From positions 97,402,001 through 97,466,000 of the forward strand of contig NC_042999.1 of assembly GCF_006345805.1 (NCBI RefSeq): a DNA stretch of 64,000 bases. Reading direction: 5' to 3'. The stretch is from Octopus sinensis (taxonomy: Eukaryota). This document shows, piece after piece, positions 51,995-64,000 of the stretch. A model generated the notes under the pieces. The model searched no databases and was not told where the DNA came from. It saw nothing but the letters and a program-made list of their open reading frames with translations. The stretch's first letter is position 1; each line of letters opens with the position of its first letter. Both the position numbers and the translations under genes were made by a program.

Positions 51995-52660
51995 AGCAGT
52001 GATAGTGATGGTAGTGTCAATAGTGGTGGTGTTGGTGGTGGTGGTGATTGAGGCAGTGGTGATAGTAGCAGTAGTAGTGCTGATGGAAAAGGTGATGGTT
52101 TTATTGGTAATGATTCTGACTACAGTATATGTGGAGATAGTGGTTGTTTTTTAGCTCTGGTTCAACCCTGATTGAGCAGACCTATGTTCAAAGACAGTCC
52201 AACTATGGCCATCATGTTTTTTTAAAAAATATCTTGGACTTCATTACCTAAAGTGTTCTTCTTAGCTCTTTTTAAGTGCCACCATCATTGCCACTACCAC
52301 CAGCACCACCAACATCACCACCATTACTATTACCACCACCACCACCAACAACAACATTACCAACAACACCAATATCAACACCACCAGCACCAACCTCATC
52401 AATATCAGTACCACCACCAGCAACACCAACAATACCAACACAACCTATATTTAACACCTCCACCACTACCGTCATCATTATCAATAGTGTTGGCGTCAGC
52501 ACTGGTATCATCATGAGCATTTTGTTCATTAGAAATTCACCAACAAAACATCAGCTTCATAAATGTTATCATCATCATCATCATCATCATCATCAGCTCC
52601 ATCTTCATCATTGTTATCTCTGTCCTCAGCACCACCACTACCCCTATTACCACTCAACAT
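51995..52660. repeat. Degenerate (GGT/AGT)n and (ACC/ATC)n trinucleotide repeats
   Basis: Low-complexity tracts that generate the His/Pro/Gly-rich pseudo-ORFs. Confidence 0.85.
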
Positions 52661-52910
52661 TATCTGTTAATCCAACAAGAGAACACATTTCTAGAATCAG
52701 CTGATCTGCTAGAAATAGTAACAAGATGTGCTTCAAACCATGCTCAGCTTTCTTTAAAAAAAAATAATAAATGAGAACACAACGTACAATGAAGGCCAAT
52801 TTAATCCATTTCCAGGATTAAAAAAAAAAATTGAATGTTTTTTATCAGAGGCATGCAACCTTTTCTTGAGAATCAGGCTTCATGAACATGAATCATCATC
52901 AAACATGCTA

Positions 52911-52952
<42 letters not shown>

Positions 52953-53091
52953 TTAGCATCCGCTTTCCATGCTAGCATGGGTTGGACAGTTTGACTGAGA
53001 TCTGACGAACCAGATGGCTGCACCAGACTCCAATCTGATCTGGCAGAGTTTCTACAGCTGGATGCCCTTCCTAACGCCAACCACTCTGAGT
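52911..53091 (-). mobile_element. RTE LINE extreme 3' end
   Basis: (ATC)n tail, CCATGCTAGCATGG, GGATGCCCTTCCTAACGCCAACC; reverse complement of ~57050-57200. Confidence 0.85.
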
Positions 53092-54527
53092 ACTAAGAAT
53101 TGGTAATTTTTCATTAGGCATGCTATTTATTCAGAAGATTTTGTGGGCTGTAGGTTGCTTATGACTGATTTAGAATCAAATGGAGAGATTGTCAAATCAA
53201 GATTTCATAAGGCTGTTTGAGTCAAGAGTTTTGTATTGTCTTCAGGAAGTAAACGCAATGGAGATGATGATGTTGATGTGTGTCATCTCATAATAACACT
53301 TCATCTGATATTTGATTTCTAAAATGTTTTCTGAACTAGGTTCATTCTCCCAATAAAAGAATATCCTTGATTCTTATGGCTTTAAGCATGTGAGAGAAAT
53401 TTGCTCTTGTTTGACCACAAATCAGCTCTCATCAAGCAGAGCTATGATCAAAGCATTCCAGCTATGGCCATCCCATCATTTTCCTATTATATAACACTAC
53501 TCTTTCTAAAATTGTAGGGTGTGATTTTAGGGCTATTTGGTAGCAATTTTTTGTAGGTTCAGCAACCCCTTAGAAACATTCTCATTAGTTCAGATAGCAG
53601 TCATGATTCCATTTCTAAACCATGAGTGACCTCATCCAAATCTATGCTATCATACTTAAGTTTCTCTTCTATCCCCCCACCCTTTTTTTTTCTTTTGTGC
53701 TATTCTATCCAATATTACAAGACAGTAAATTAGTAGAACTTCTAGAGTATACAGCAAAAAAAACAAAAAAAACTTGATTTACTTGTTCCAGCTCTCTGCA
53801 CTCTCAATTTAAATCATACCAATGTCAGCTTTATCTTCACCCTATCAGGCTTGATAAAATAAAGTTCACACCAATGGATATGCCAATCCAGGGAAATGGA
53901 TTGGTCAGTCCAGAGTAGATTGATGGAATTGATGGAATTGTTAGACAAGATGTTTTGTGGTATTTATTCAGGCTGTTAGCATTTTGTGTTCTTTGTTGGT
54001 AAATTTAACCCTTTCCCAGTTTAACACCTCTTAATATGGTCCTCGAGTTCCTTTAGTGAATTTTATTCTGTTGCAAACATTTTAACCTAATCTCTGGTTT
54101 GAGTATAACTATCTCCCTCCAGTCGCTGAGGCTCATACAAAAGAAGTGGTAAGGTTATGTACTCTACTCTTTCCTGACTAATCAGTTACAAAAAAAAATA
54201 TCCTGAAGCATAAAATGGTAACTACAATTATGACTGTTGAAGATTAGGTTCTTCATTTACTCTAACAACTAATATTGATTTATAGGCAGGACAGTTTTGA
54301 CAGTCATTTTACTCCCAAAGAGCATTACTTATAGGTGAACAGTAAGAGTCAGAATTGTGAATTGAAACCAGATAATCAGTTTTGACATGCTAGGTATTTG
54401 CCACTATCTTGTACTACTCCCTGTATGCATAGGGCTGGTGAAGATAATCAAGAACACTAAATAAATTTTAATTTACAAATTTAAATCAGCTGTAGTAATG
54501 TAAACATTATTGGCCACACATATACAC

Positions 54528-54653
54528 TGTGTTTTGCTTAAATGCCCATTTGCTGTGAAATATCATCCAAGGAAAGCTCCCTGCAGTCAGTGTCATGTAG
54601 GGAGCTTGCCCTGGATGCTATCCTGCAGCAAATGGGCATTTAAACAAAACACA
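54528..54653. mobile_element. 126-bp foldback MITE-like element
   Basis: ~57-bp inverted arms TGTGTTTTG(C/T)TTAAATGCCCATTTGCTG...; direct TACAC flanks. Confidence 0.75.
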
Positions 54654-55463
54654 TACACTATTACACTGATTACAAACTGATTACAAACATTGTATTTGTA
54701 GTAGGCAAAATAGTTAATAAATTCACTTCACAATCATGAGATCCTGAGATTGATTCCACTTCACAACCTCAAGTTAACCAATATCTTGTGAATGGTATTA
54801 GGTAGAAAGAAACTGAACAGAAGCCTATCAGATGGATTGTAACTACAATTCTATGTTCTAATTTTATAATACAGTATCATGCTGATTCCAGCTGTGAAGA
54901 ATTACATCAAGAGTACATATCTCTGTGAAATATTCAACCCCATACATTCTAATTCAATAAACCTGGTAGTTCAACTGATGGAACAACTGCAAACTCAAAC
55001 ACAGAAATTCTAAGTTCCATTTATTTTTAGCAATGCCTTCATAGGTGCGATTGAATTTTCTTATGAGTTGACATTTGTTGCATACAGCTCTTCGTTTTCA
55101 TTGAGTAAATATAATGATTTCTTTGGACCATAAAGGAATTTACAAATCTTAGTAAGATAGGCTATTGTTGATTGAATGAACCTCAATGAGTTTTACTATT
55201 GCTGGTATATTAAGGTAGAGGTAGATGCATTAGGTAGTGTTATTCTACACACACTATGCCTGCATAAAAAGTTAATAAATAAATAAAAACACAGGAATTA
55301 AAAAAATTAGAAGCTAATCATGGCTGGAATGTCTTTAATCATAACTGTTTGACTGCCTGGAGCAATGACGACGACAACAACAACAATAACAAGCAGGAAA
55401 GTAAAAGTAAAACAAAACAAGAAAACATTTAAGCATGACATTAAACTGATACAAAGTTTTAAG

Positions 55464-55464
<1 letters not shown>

Positions 55465-55505
<41 letters not shown>

Positions 55506-55575
55506 ATGTGTAAGTATGTATGTATGTATGTATGTATGTATGTATGTATGTATCTGAGTGTATGTATATATATAT

Positions 55576-55611
<36 letters not shown>

Positions 55612-55795
55612 TCATAGTTAGATAGATAGATAAATAGATTCATAGATACATAGATAGGTAGGTAGGTAGATAGGTAGATAGATAGATAGATAGATAGATA
55701 GGTAGGTAGGTAGGTAGGTAGGTAGATAGACAGACAGACAGACAGACAGGCAGGCAGGCAGGCAGGCAGATAGATAGACAGATAGATAGATATAA
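55465..55795. repeat. Compound microsatellite (TA, TATG, GA, GATA, GGTA, GACA, GGCA)
   Basis: Directly visible. Confidence 0.95.
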
Positions 55796-56208
55796 AGCAG
55801 TGCTAAGAAAACAAGGCTGCTGAGTGTAAATGTTATATAAACTTTCTGTAGAAGCTGGTAAATTGCTACAACTGAATGTGTGTACTAAAGGAGGTAAAGA
55901 GTGAAGCATGGTGAGCTGAACATCACTTTATAAAATAAATATCATATGTTTAAATCACAGTATACAGTGTTTAATATAAAGTTATTATTAGCATATATTT
56001 TTGGATTTAATTCACCACACTCCTGACAGAAATGTAATTAATTACCTTCTATGCTATTTTTTATATCTAGCACCTCCTCCCATTGCTGTAGATATTACCA
56101 TTTTGAAATGAAATATACAAAGCAGGATATTTGCAAACATATATATATGTGTGTGTGTGTGCAATATATATATATATAATATATATATATATTATATATA
56201 TATATATA

Positions 56209-57207
56209 GCGAGAAAGTGCCAATCCCTAGCAGTTGAGGGAACCCGTGGAAGAGGTAGACCCAGGAAAACCTGGGATGAGGTGGTGAAGCACGACCTTCG
56301 AACTTTAGGCCTCACTGAGGAAATGACCAGAGACCGAGACCTTTGGAAATATTCTGTACGTGAGAAGACCAGGCAGGACAAGTGAGCCCAGCCCACTTAT
56401 GAATGCCTTTCCTCCCTTGGACACAAAGACCGGTTGAGGCAAGCGAAGTCGATATAGAACCTCATCTGACGACAGACACCCATGCCAACCCCCCATGCTT
56501 GCGAAGACATGTTGGGGCAAGTGAAATCGAAATCGAAGCCAAAGTGAACCAGCCAGGATCCCTGGCCTGGTGGTACGTAAAAAGCACTATCCGACTCGTG
56601 GCCGTGGCACGTAAAATACTCCAATGCGACCGTACGACAGGCACCCATGCCAACCCCCTTTGCTTGTGAAGACATGTTGGGGCAAGCGAAATCGAAATCG
56701 AATTGAACCAGCCAGGATCCCTGGTCTGGTGGTACGTAAAAAGCACTATCCGACTCGTGGCCGTGGCACGTAAAATACTCCAATGCGACCGTACGACAGG
56801 CACCCATGCCAACCCCCTTTGCTTGTGAAGACATGTTGGGGCAAGCGAAATCGAAATCGAATTGAACCAGCCAGGATCCCTGGTCTGGTGGTACGTAAAA
56901 AGCACTATCCGACCCGTGGCCGATGCCAGCACCGCCTCGACTGGCTTCCGTGCCGGTGGCACATAAAATACACCAATCTGACCGTGGCCGTTGCCAGCCC
57001 CGCCTGGCACCTGTGCAGTGGCACGTAAAAAGCACCCACTACACTCACGGAGTGGTTGGCGTTAGGAAGGGCATCCAGCTGTAGAAACATTGCCAGATTA
57101 GACTGGAGCCTGGTGCAGCCTTCTGGCTTCCCAGAACCCCGGTCGAACCGTCCAACCCATGCTAGCATGGAGAACGGACGTTAAACGACGATGATGATGA
57201 TGATGAT
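56209..57207 (+). mobile_element. Young 5'-truncated RTE LINE 3' end with ~2.8 x 159-bp tandem repeat
   Basis: RKCQSLAVEGTRGRGRPRKTWDEVVKHDLRTLGLTEEMTRDRDLWKYSVREKTRQDK*; CACCCATGCCAACC at 56477, 56642 and 56801; (GAT)n tail; CpGs retained. Confidence 0.92.
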
Positions 57208-57271
57208 ATACATGTATACATACACATATGTGTATGTATATGTGTGTATATATATATGTATATATATATAT

Positions 57272-57374
57272 ATTCTCCGCAACATTTGCAGGCACAGCAT
57301 GTTAAGCCCCATACAAACATTAATTATAAGACTGTGGGGCTTTCCATGCTGTGCCGGTAAAAGTTGCGGAGAAT
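57272..57374 (+). ncRNA. Candidate pre-miRNA hairpin
   Basis: 42-bp unbulged stem with 2 G-U pairs and 4 mismatches, 19-nt loop, unique sequence. Confidence 0.5.
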
Positions 57375-57597
57375 GGAGGGCCAAGAGAAAACAATACATA
57401 GATAACAAGCAATACAGAGGTGGACATAGGAAAGTGGATGAATGTAATTTAGGATGAAATAAATAAGAGAAGAGCAAAATATAGCCTCAGTGCCAAAAGG
57501 ACGCAAATGATGGGTAACGCTTAGAGGGTCATCCTAAAGGGTAGAAATAGCAAGACACATCTATGTATATAGACATATATATATATATATATATATA

Positions 57598-57662
<65 letters not shown>

Positions 57663-58069
57663 TATATGTATATATATGTATGTATACGTGTATATATATA
57701 TATATATATATATTTAAACTGAGCATATAGCTGCACAGATCTGTCAGAGTTGCCAATAACTGAACCTGACCAAAATGTATGCCGGGGTACAAAACATTCT
57801 TGTAGATGCTTGTTCAATGTTCATGCATTTCTGAATTGAAGGTTTATGTCAAAGAGTTGTTATCACCATGTGCAAGATGGATCCAACTATCAGCTAAGTC
57901 GTGCATGAAGATTTATCCACAAAAGGTATTTGATGTTGAAGGGTACTTTGATCTTACTCAGGTGTTAGCTTCTCAATCAAATAATTCTCAGAACTGACTC
58001 AAACTGTTACAACCAGTTCTGCCTATGCCTGCATGGAAAGTGGGTTTAAAATGATGTTATGTGTGTATG

Positions 58070-58141
<72 letters not shown>

Positions 58142-58866
58142 TGTGTGTGGAAATGAAGAAATAATACAGAGAGATTCTTACAATGCAAAGAAATATTGCT
58201 TCAAGCAAACTACTCTGCTCTTCTTCATGTGTGTGTGTGTGTGTGCCTGTATGTGTAAATGTACTTGCACACACACACAAACACACATGCACACATAATA
58301 TATGTATGTGTGTCTTGTTGTATGTATATGTGTGTATGCGTATGTAGAAATAAAATAGCTGAGTAGAAAAATCCTTAGACTATATATTCTTCAGTTATCC
58401 ATTCAAATCCACTACAAGTATTTCATTGTTTTTCTTGTATGAAGAAGCTGTTATTTTATGAACCCATCAGAAATAGATCACAGCTTTCCCACAGAAATTA
58501 AAGTTGAACATCAGTTACATAACTTCATTAATCTCACTATTTTGTGTGGGTCTGTAAAGGCCATACTCATTGCCACCCTCTACTTACCCTCTAAAGATTG
58601 AAATATCAAAAAAGAAGAAAAAAAGGGAAAAGAAAATGAGATAAGAAGGTATTCTTTATACAATATGGCTGCTTGACCTACTAGCAATAGCAACCAAATC
58701 TCAAATACATCCCACCATCTTGAGAAAAAAGGACACTTTGGATAATGCAATTTGCCTTTAAAAAATGCGATGGTCACAGCTTGATTGCCTTTGATAATAG
58801 GACTTCTCAATGGCAACAATAATAATTTGAAAGAAGAAAATCTTATACAAATAAATAGATGCGCAT

Positions 58867-58904
<38 letters not shown>

Positions 58905-59085
58905 TTCTTGTGAAATAAACTGACTCCTAAATCCAGTTTCAGTTTCTAGTTGCAGTTGTTTCATTTATGTTGCTAAAGTCCTTAGGAAAAGTGTTAACAT
59001 CATGCATTCTCTTTTTCTCTTTTATGAATATGAGATCTTCTGTCCTTGTGAAATACCATTATCTATGCATGTATCTGCATGCATA

Positions 59086-59932
59086 CAAGGGGATACCCAA
59101 AAGAAACCGGAATTTTGCAATATCATTTTATTCACTTAGTTTTACTTGTTGACACTTTTATCACCTTCAAAGTATTCTCCATTTGAAGCAATGCATTGGT
59201 CCAGGTATGTTTTCCACAATTTGAAATGAAGTGATGCCTTTTAACAACTCTGTCATTTTTTCTTCACCTCTTTCACATCTGCAAATTCCATAGCATCAGC
59301 TTTCATCACCAGTGATGACCTTCGAAAAAATGGTTTGGATCAACTTCCAACTGTTCTTTCAGTTCACAACACAAATTCAGTCGTGACTGCTTTTGTTCTT
59401 CTGTGAGCAAGCAATGCACAAATTTTGCAGCAATTCCTTGCTCAAAATTCGTTGGCAGGAGCTTCAGGACACACCAGTCATATCAACAAGTTTGTCAATT
59501 GTTTGGTGATGGCCCTCCAAGATCAGTTCATGAATTTTCCTGATGCTTTCATGTGTTCTGAACGAGGTTGGTCTTCAAGTGAGAAATGACCATTCCTAAA
59601 GCATGGAAACCACTTGTAAACTTGTGTCTTGCTCATGGCAGCTTCCTTGTATGCTATTTGAAGCATGACAACTGTTTCGGCCACCATTTTCCCCAGCAGA
59701 AAACAGAATTTCAAAGAAGTATGCTGTTCTTTCATTTCAGTCATTGCAAAAATCGTCAAACAGGGGAGAAGCACTTCAAAACAAAGACACACCACATAGC
59801 AGTACATTCTCACCCAACCATGCCAGTCAGCAGACTGAGGGTTGCATCAAGTAGCTTCTAGCAACAGAAGCCTGAGCTACAAGGGGTTTGTCCCACAGAG
59901 AACGTTTCTGGTTACTTTTGGGTAGCTCCTTG
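59086..59932 (-). mobile_element. Mariner, internally deleted, both TIRs
   Basis: TA|CAAGGGGATACCCAAAAGAAACCGGAA and TTCTGGTTACTTTTGGGTAGCTCCTTG|TA; MTEMKEQHTSLKFCFLLGK..QVYKWF..SLEDQPRS; VITGDESW-like motif. Confidence 0.9.
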
Positions 59933-60254
59933 TACATGTTTGAAAGTAAATAATTTATAAGTTTGTTTGTTTGTGTTTGTGTGTGTGTGTGTGTGTGTGC
60001 GTGCGTGTGTGTATGTGTGTGTGTGTGTGTGTGTGCATGCGTGCATGTGTGTGTGTGCATGCATAACAATGTATATATTTTATTGTAGGTACTGGAAAGT
60101 TCAGTGTCTTACATGACTAGTAGTACTGTCTCAGACTGTGAGGTATTGACCTTTCCAATACTCACAAAAAAAATGTTAGTCTGTGAAGATATTGAGTATT
60201 CTCCTTCTTAGAGGTTGCCATACCTAATGCCCAATACCACTGATAATATGAAAT

Positions 60255-61000
60255 TAAAGGGATTTTTAGGGTCATGCAAAGTTTAATTTGCCTTTGATTT
60301 GGCATTCAAATAAGAAAGTATGGATGACTAAGAACCTTTTCCAAGTGTAGCTTACAAAGATTTTTTTTCTGTCCTGCTATAGAAAGATACAGTACTGTGC
60401 ATAAGTTTTACAATAAAGCATTTCTCCTTTTATTCAATATATCAAACCATCCAGTGAACTTGAATGAGCTTTCTGATAATGTGAGAGTAGAATATAACCC
60501 CTAAAATACAACTTCTTTACTCTAGCCAATGGATCAAGATATAATAGCTAACTTCAAGGTATATTATCTGAGAAGAGCTTTCAAACAACTTATGAAAGTA
60601 ATTAACAGGAGGATAAACCTACAATTAGAGACTCCTGGAAGAAGTTTGACATAATGGATGTTGTATATAACATAGCTAAGCCATGAGATGTAGTGAAACC
60701 TTCAATTTGAACAGTACTTGGAAAAATATTTGGCCAGACTGTATCCATGACTTTACAACTTTTCCACAAACAGAAAGTCTGCATCAAATTCGAAAAGATA
60801 TTGTGATACTTGCAATTCATGTAGGTTTGAAGAAATTATAATGGATGATGCAAAATTGAGTTATTAGTATCTCATAGATAATGTCTATTTAACAAGGAGC
60901 TGATGCTGTCAGAACAAGAGTGAGTTGAAAATACAGGTGAAAATACAGAAATTCTACAAACTTAAATTAAGTGCAAAAAAATATTACTAAGAGGTTGGAA
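60255..61000 (+). pseudogene. pogo/Tigger (DDE_1) transposase remnant
   Basis: LPLIWHSNKKVWMT..NTTSLL*PMDQDIIANFKVYYLRR..TIRDSWKKFDIMD..TWKNIWPDCIHDF, spread over several frames; not in the ORF track. Confidence 0.85.
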
Positions 61001-61704
61001 TTTATAGAGTAAGGTCTGCAAGTCTTTGCTGATAACCCTAACCATGAATATAGCATGAAAATTCCAAAAGGAGCTTACGAGCTCAGTTTCTACACAGAGC
61101 TGTACAAAGTATTGACATCCCATAAACATCAAACAATTTCAGGTAAGTTCTTTACCCTTCAAGTAGACATTGATGATGATAAACTATAAGATAGAGAATA
61201 GTGCCTCTTATCCTCCCAGCACCTCTCCGTCTGCTACCACCATCATCCCTCACACAGTAGTCAACAGCTTTTGTGATACCCTATTACAATATTATGGTTC
61301 TTATTTATTCCCGGGTGAATTTTTCTTCAAATGTTTTTGTTTTCATATTGTACAGTATATATTTAGAAATTGTTATTTTCATGCTTAACAGTGCTTATTT
61401 GTTGCTGCTTATTTGTTGCTGTTGCTGTCTATGTTTCTCAAAAACAAAAATATCCTATGCAATGCATTATCACTTTATAACATCAGAATCAATGAGAAAA
61501 TTAATTTCATGTGACAAGTCTTTCTGAAAAGCGCATGCGCGCACGCATGCACGCACGTACTCACACGCACGCATGCACGCACGCACACACGTACGCATGC
61601 GTGCGCGCACACAAACACACATACACACACACACATGATTAATGCCTGGTGCTTTGCCATACTCAAGAACACCTATATTCTGCAGCAGAAGTGTTAAGAA
61701 CAGT

Positions 61705-61939
61705 CCCTCTGGTGTTATAAAGCACCCGTGCAGTGCCATGTAAAAGCGTCTGTGTGGTGCCATGTAAAAGCACCTAGCACACTCTGTAATATGGATGGTG
61801 TTAGGAAGGGCATCCAGCAGTAGAGACCATGCCGAATCAGACTGGAGTCTGGTACAGCTCCCCAGCTTGCCAGCCCTGGTCAAACTGTCCAGCCCATGCC
61901 AGCATGGACAATGGATGTTAAATAACAAGGATGATGATG
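61705..61939 (+). mobile_element. Older RTE 3' end
   Basis: GGTGCCATGTAAAAGCACC, GTTAGGAAGGGCATCCAGC, CCATGCCAGCATGG, GAT tail. Confidence 0.8.
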
Positions 61940-62136
61940 GCCATATTTCATTCCGTAACGGCTACCTCTGATGAGTGCAAAGATACATTATCAGATTGTT
62001 ACCTAACTCTCTGTTTGAATCTTTAATGCGAAACCAATTGGTAAGATTGCCTGTAATGTATATATAGTACTGTACACTTTGAATAATATATGTATGTATA
62101 TAGGCATATAAATAACTATATATATATATATATATA

Positions 62137-62190
62137 CCATCCAACCCATGCTAGCATGGAAAACGGACGTTAAACGATGATGATGATGAT
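62137..62190 (+). mobile_element. Minimal RTE 3' tail within (TA)n
   Basis: CCAACCCATGCTAGCATGGAAAACGGACGTTAAACGATGATGATGATGAT flanked by TA repeats. Confidence 0.8.
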
Positions 62191-62207
62191 ATATATATAT
62201 GTATATG

Positions 62208-62254
<47 letters not shown>

Positions 62255-62280
62255 ATGTATGTATGTGTGTGTGTGTGTGT

Positions 62281-62313
<33 letters not shown>

Positions 62314-62318
62314 ATGTA

Positions 62319-62360
<42 letters not shown>

Positions 62361-62496
62361 CACACACATACTTATGAATGTATATATGTATATGTCTGAA
62401 TGTCTTCTTTCTGATACACAAATATCCTTTGGATGGCAAAGAACAAAAGCAAAAGCAAGAAGTAAAAGACAAATAAAAAAAAATAAGTATACATAC

Positions 62497-62632
62497 CTGT
62501 AGAAAATAATCCCACGATCAGAAAGTTAACTTCCAGGATTGCTGCAATCAAAGAAATTGTAGAAGAAGCTTGCAGGAGAGTAATTTCATTCTGATTACTG
62601 TAATAACTAATGAAAATCAAAACGTATAAGAC
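62497..62632 (-). CDS. Possible isolated coding exon (hydrophobic peptide)
   Basis: CAG|GTC...ACAG|GTATGT; one open frame VLYVLIFISYYSNQNEITLLQASSTISLIAAILEVNFLIVGLFST. No family recognised and the polypyrimidine tract is weak. Confidence 0.2.
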
Positions 62633-64000
62633 CTGCTACTATGTGCTAAACTTCTAGAATCTCTAACAATAGTAAAAGCAGTATTACTCGTTTTCAAATC
62701 ATATACCCACAATTGTTCACAACTTTACGAAAATATAAACATAAAAGAAAACAAAATAATATAAACATCATATGCCCCTTTCTCCTGCTGTGTCACAGAA
62801 CTTTGTACTGTCAGGCTTTTTATATATTCTATTTTGACCACATATATACATATATATATATATATTTTAAAACATTTGGTTTGGTATTGTGACCTTTGTA
62901 CTTATTAGAATCTGTTCTAAAACAGCTGAGGTACTGACAGTTTATAGCAACACTAAAAAAAAGAAAAAAAAAAGATGACTGATCACTGAATCACTCATAT
63001 GGATTGATAGAATCAGTAGGGTTGTTGGACAAAATACCTTGTTGCATTTAGTTAGTTATCTTTGGAGCTAATTTCTGGAGTTGGCAATAAAAACAAGGTA
63101 TAATTACGTAAGTAATTTGTTTCAAGAAATGCAAACTTAACTTGATAAATGATGTTAACATGTAAAAATATTAAAAAATTTATATCAGCTTGTATCTATT
63201 TTAATAAATGGTCTGAACATATTTTCACATGTATTGCATCTAAATTTCTTCTTCAGTATTTGTTTTTAGGTGGTGTCTTTTATTTTAAATTTTATGCATT
63301 TAAATATGTTCCCTGAGATTGACATAAAGTCAAATGTATCAACTGAAGTTGAAGTTTATTTGTTCCATTAATGTTTTTATTTTTTTGAAAAAGAAAGCCA
63401 TAAATTTGGAAATAACTTAACTAGAAACAATTAACTACAGCTGACCTTCTCCAAAGTGAGGCTTTGTATCTATCTTAGCTTCTTTTCTCAATCTCATGTA
63501 TAAACATGCACACACATGCACGCACACACATACATACACACGCACACACATACACAATGCATTGTCCACAAGACAAGGGAACTGCTGAATAGTTGTTTGA
63601 CTTGCTAGAAATAGTAGTCAAAGCATCCTCATCATATTAGACAATGGAGTTCCAGACAGATGCTCAATGATGGTATGGCTTTGATCATAAAACTACCCAA
63701 CAGCACCAATTGTGTATGTACACAAATTCATCATTACTGTTGGATACACTTGCAGGGTATAAAATGTGCCTCCTAAAATTTGCTTAATCAACAGAGACAA
63801 ATGCAGATGTAAACACACACAAATGCACACACTTGCATGCACAAGCACACATACACACACTCATGCACATGCATGCACACACACACAATATAAACCCACC
63901 GATGTGTACTCCTCACTCTGTAATAGCAGCAGAGGCAGAACAGTTTCTGTTACATGACAACAATATTTTGCATTCTGAAACTAAACTCATGACATGAGGA

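Noticed and set aside
52253-52704. His/Gln-, Pro/Thr- and Gly/Val-rich ORFs
   Set aside because: Open in several frames because of trinucleotide repeats; no splice or domain evidence.
56397-57035. 212-aa and 182-aa repeat ORFs
   Set aside because: Antisense read-through of the tandemly repeated RTE 3' UTR.

Overview
Eukaryotic, AT-rich, microsatellite-dense and mostly non-coding DNA. The repeat families (tRNA-headed SINEs of OR1/OR2/OK type, Meta-domain SINEs, RTE LINEs with (GAT)n tails) suggest an octopus or other coleoid cephalopod; this is an inference. No intact protein-coding gene is recognisable, and nearly all track ORFs are microsatellite or transposon-derived noise. The window holds many decayed elements: four mariner copies, a DD34E Tc1 with a rearranged 3' end, a pogo/Tigger transposase remnant, many RTE LINE fragments, two RLE (R4/Dong-like) retrotransposon ends, several SINE families, and piggyBac-, hAT- and Tigger-type MITEs, often nested. 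Two CpG-retaining domains (~16-19.5 kb and ~29.4-35.9 kb) look like promoter regions with candidate spliced non-coding or short-ORF exons. The best non-TE candidate is a 103-nt pre-miRNA-like hairpin at 57272-57374. All calls were made by eye; TE boundaries without stated TIRs or TSDs are approximate.
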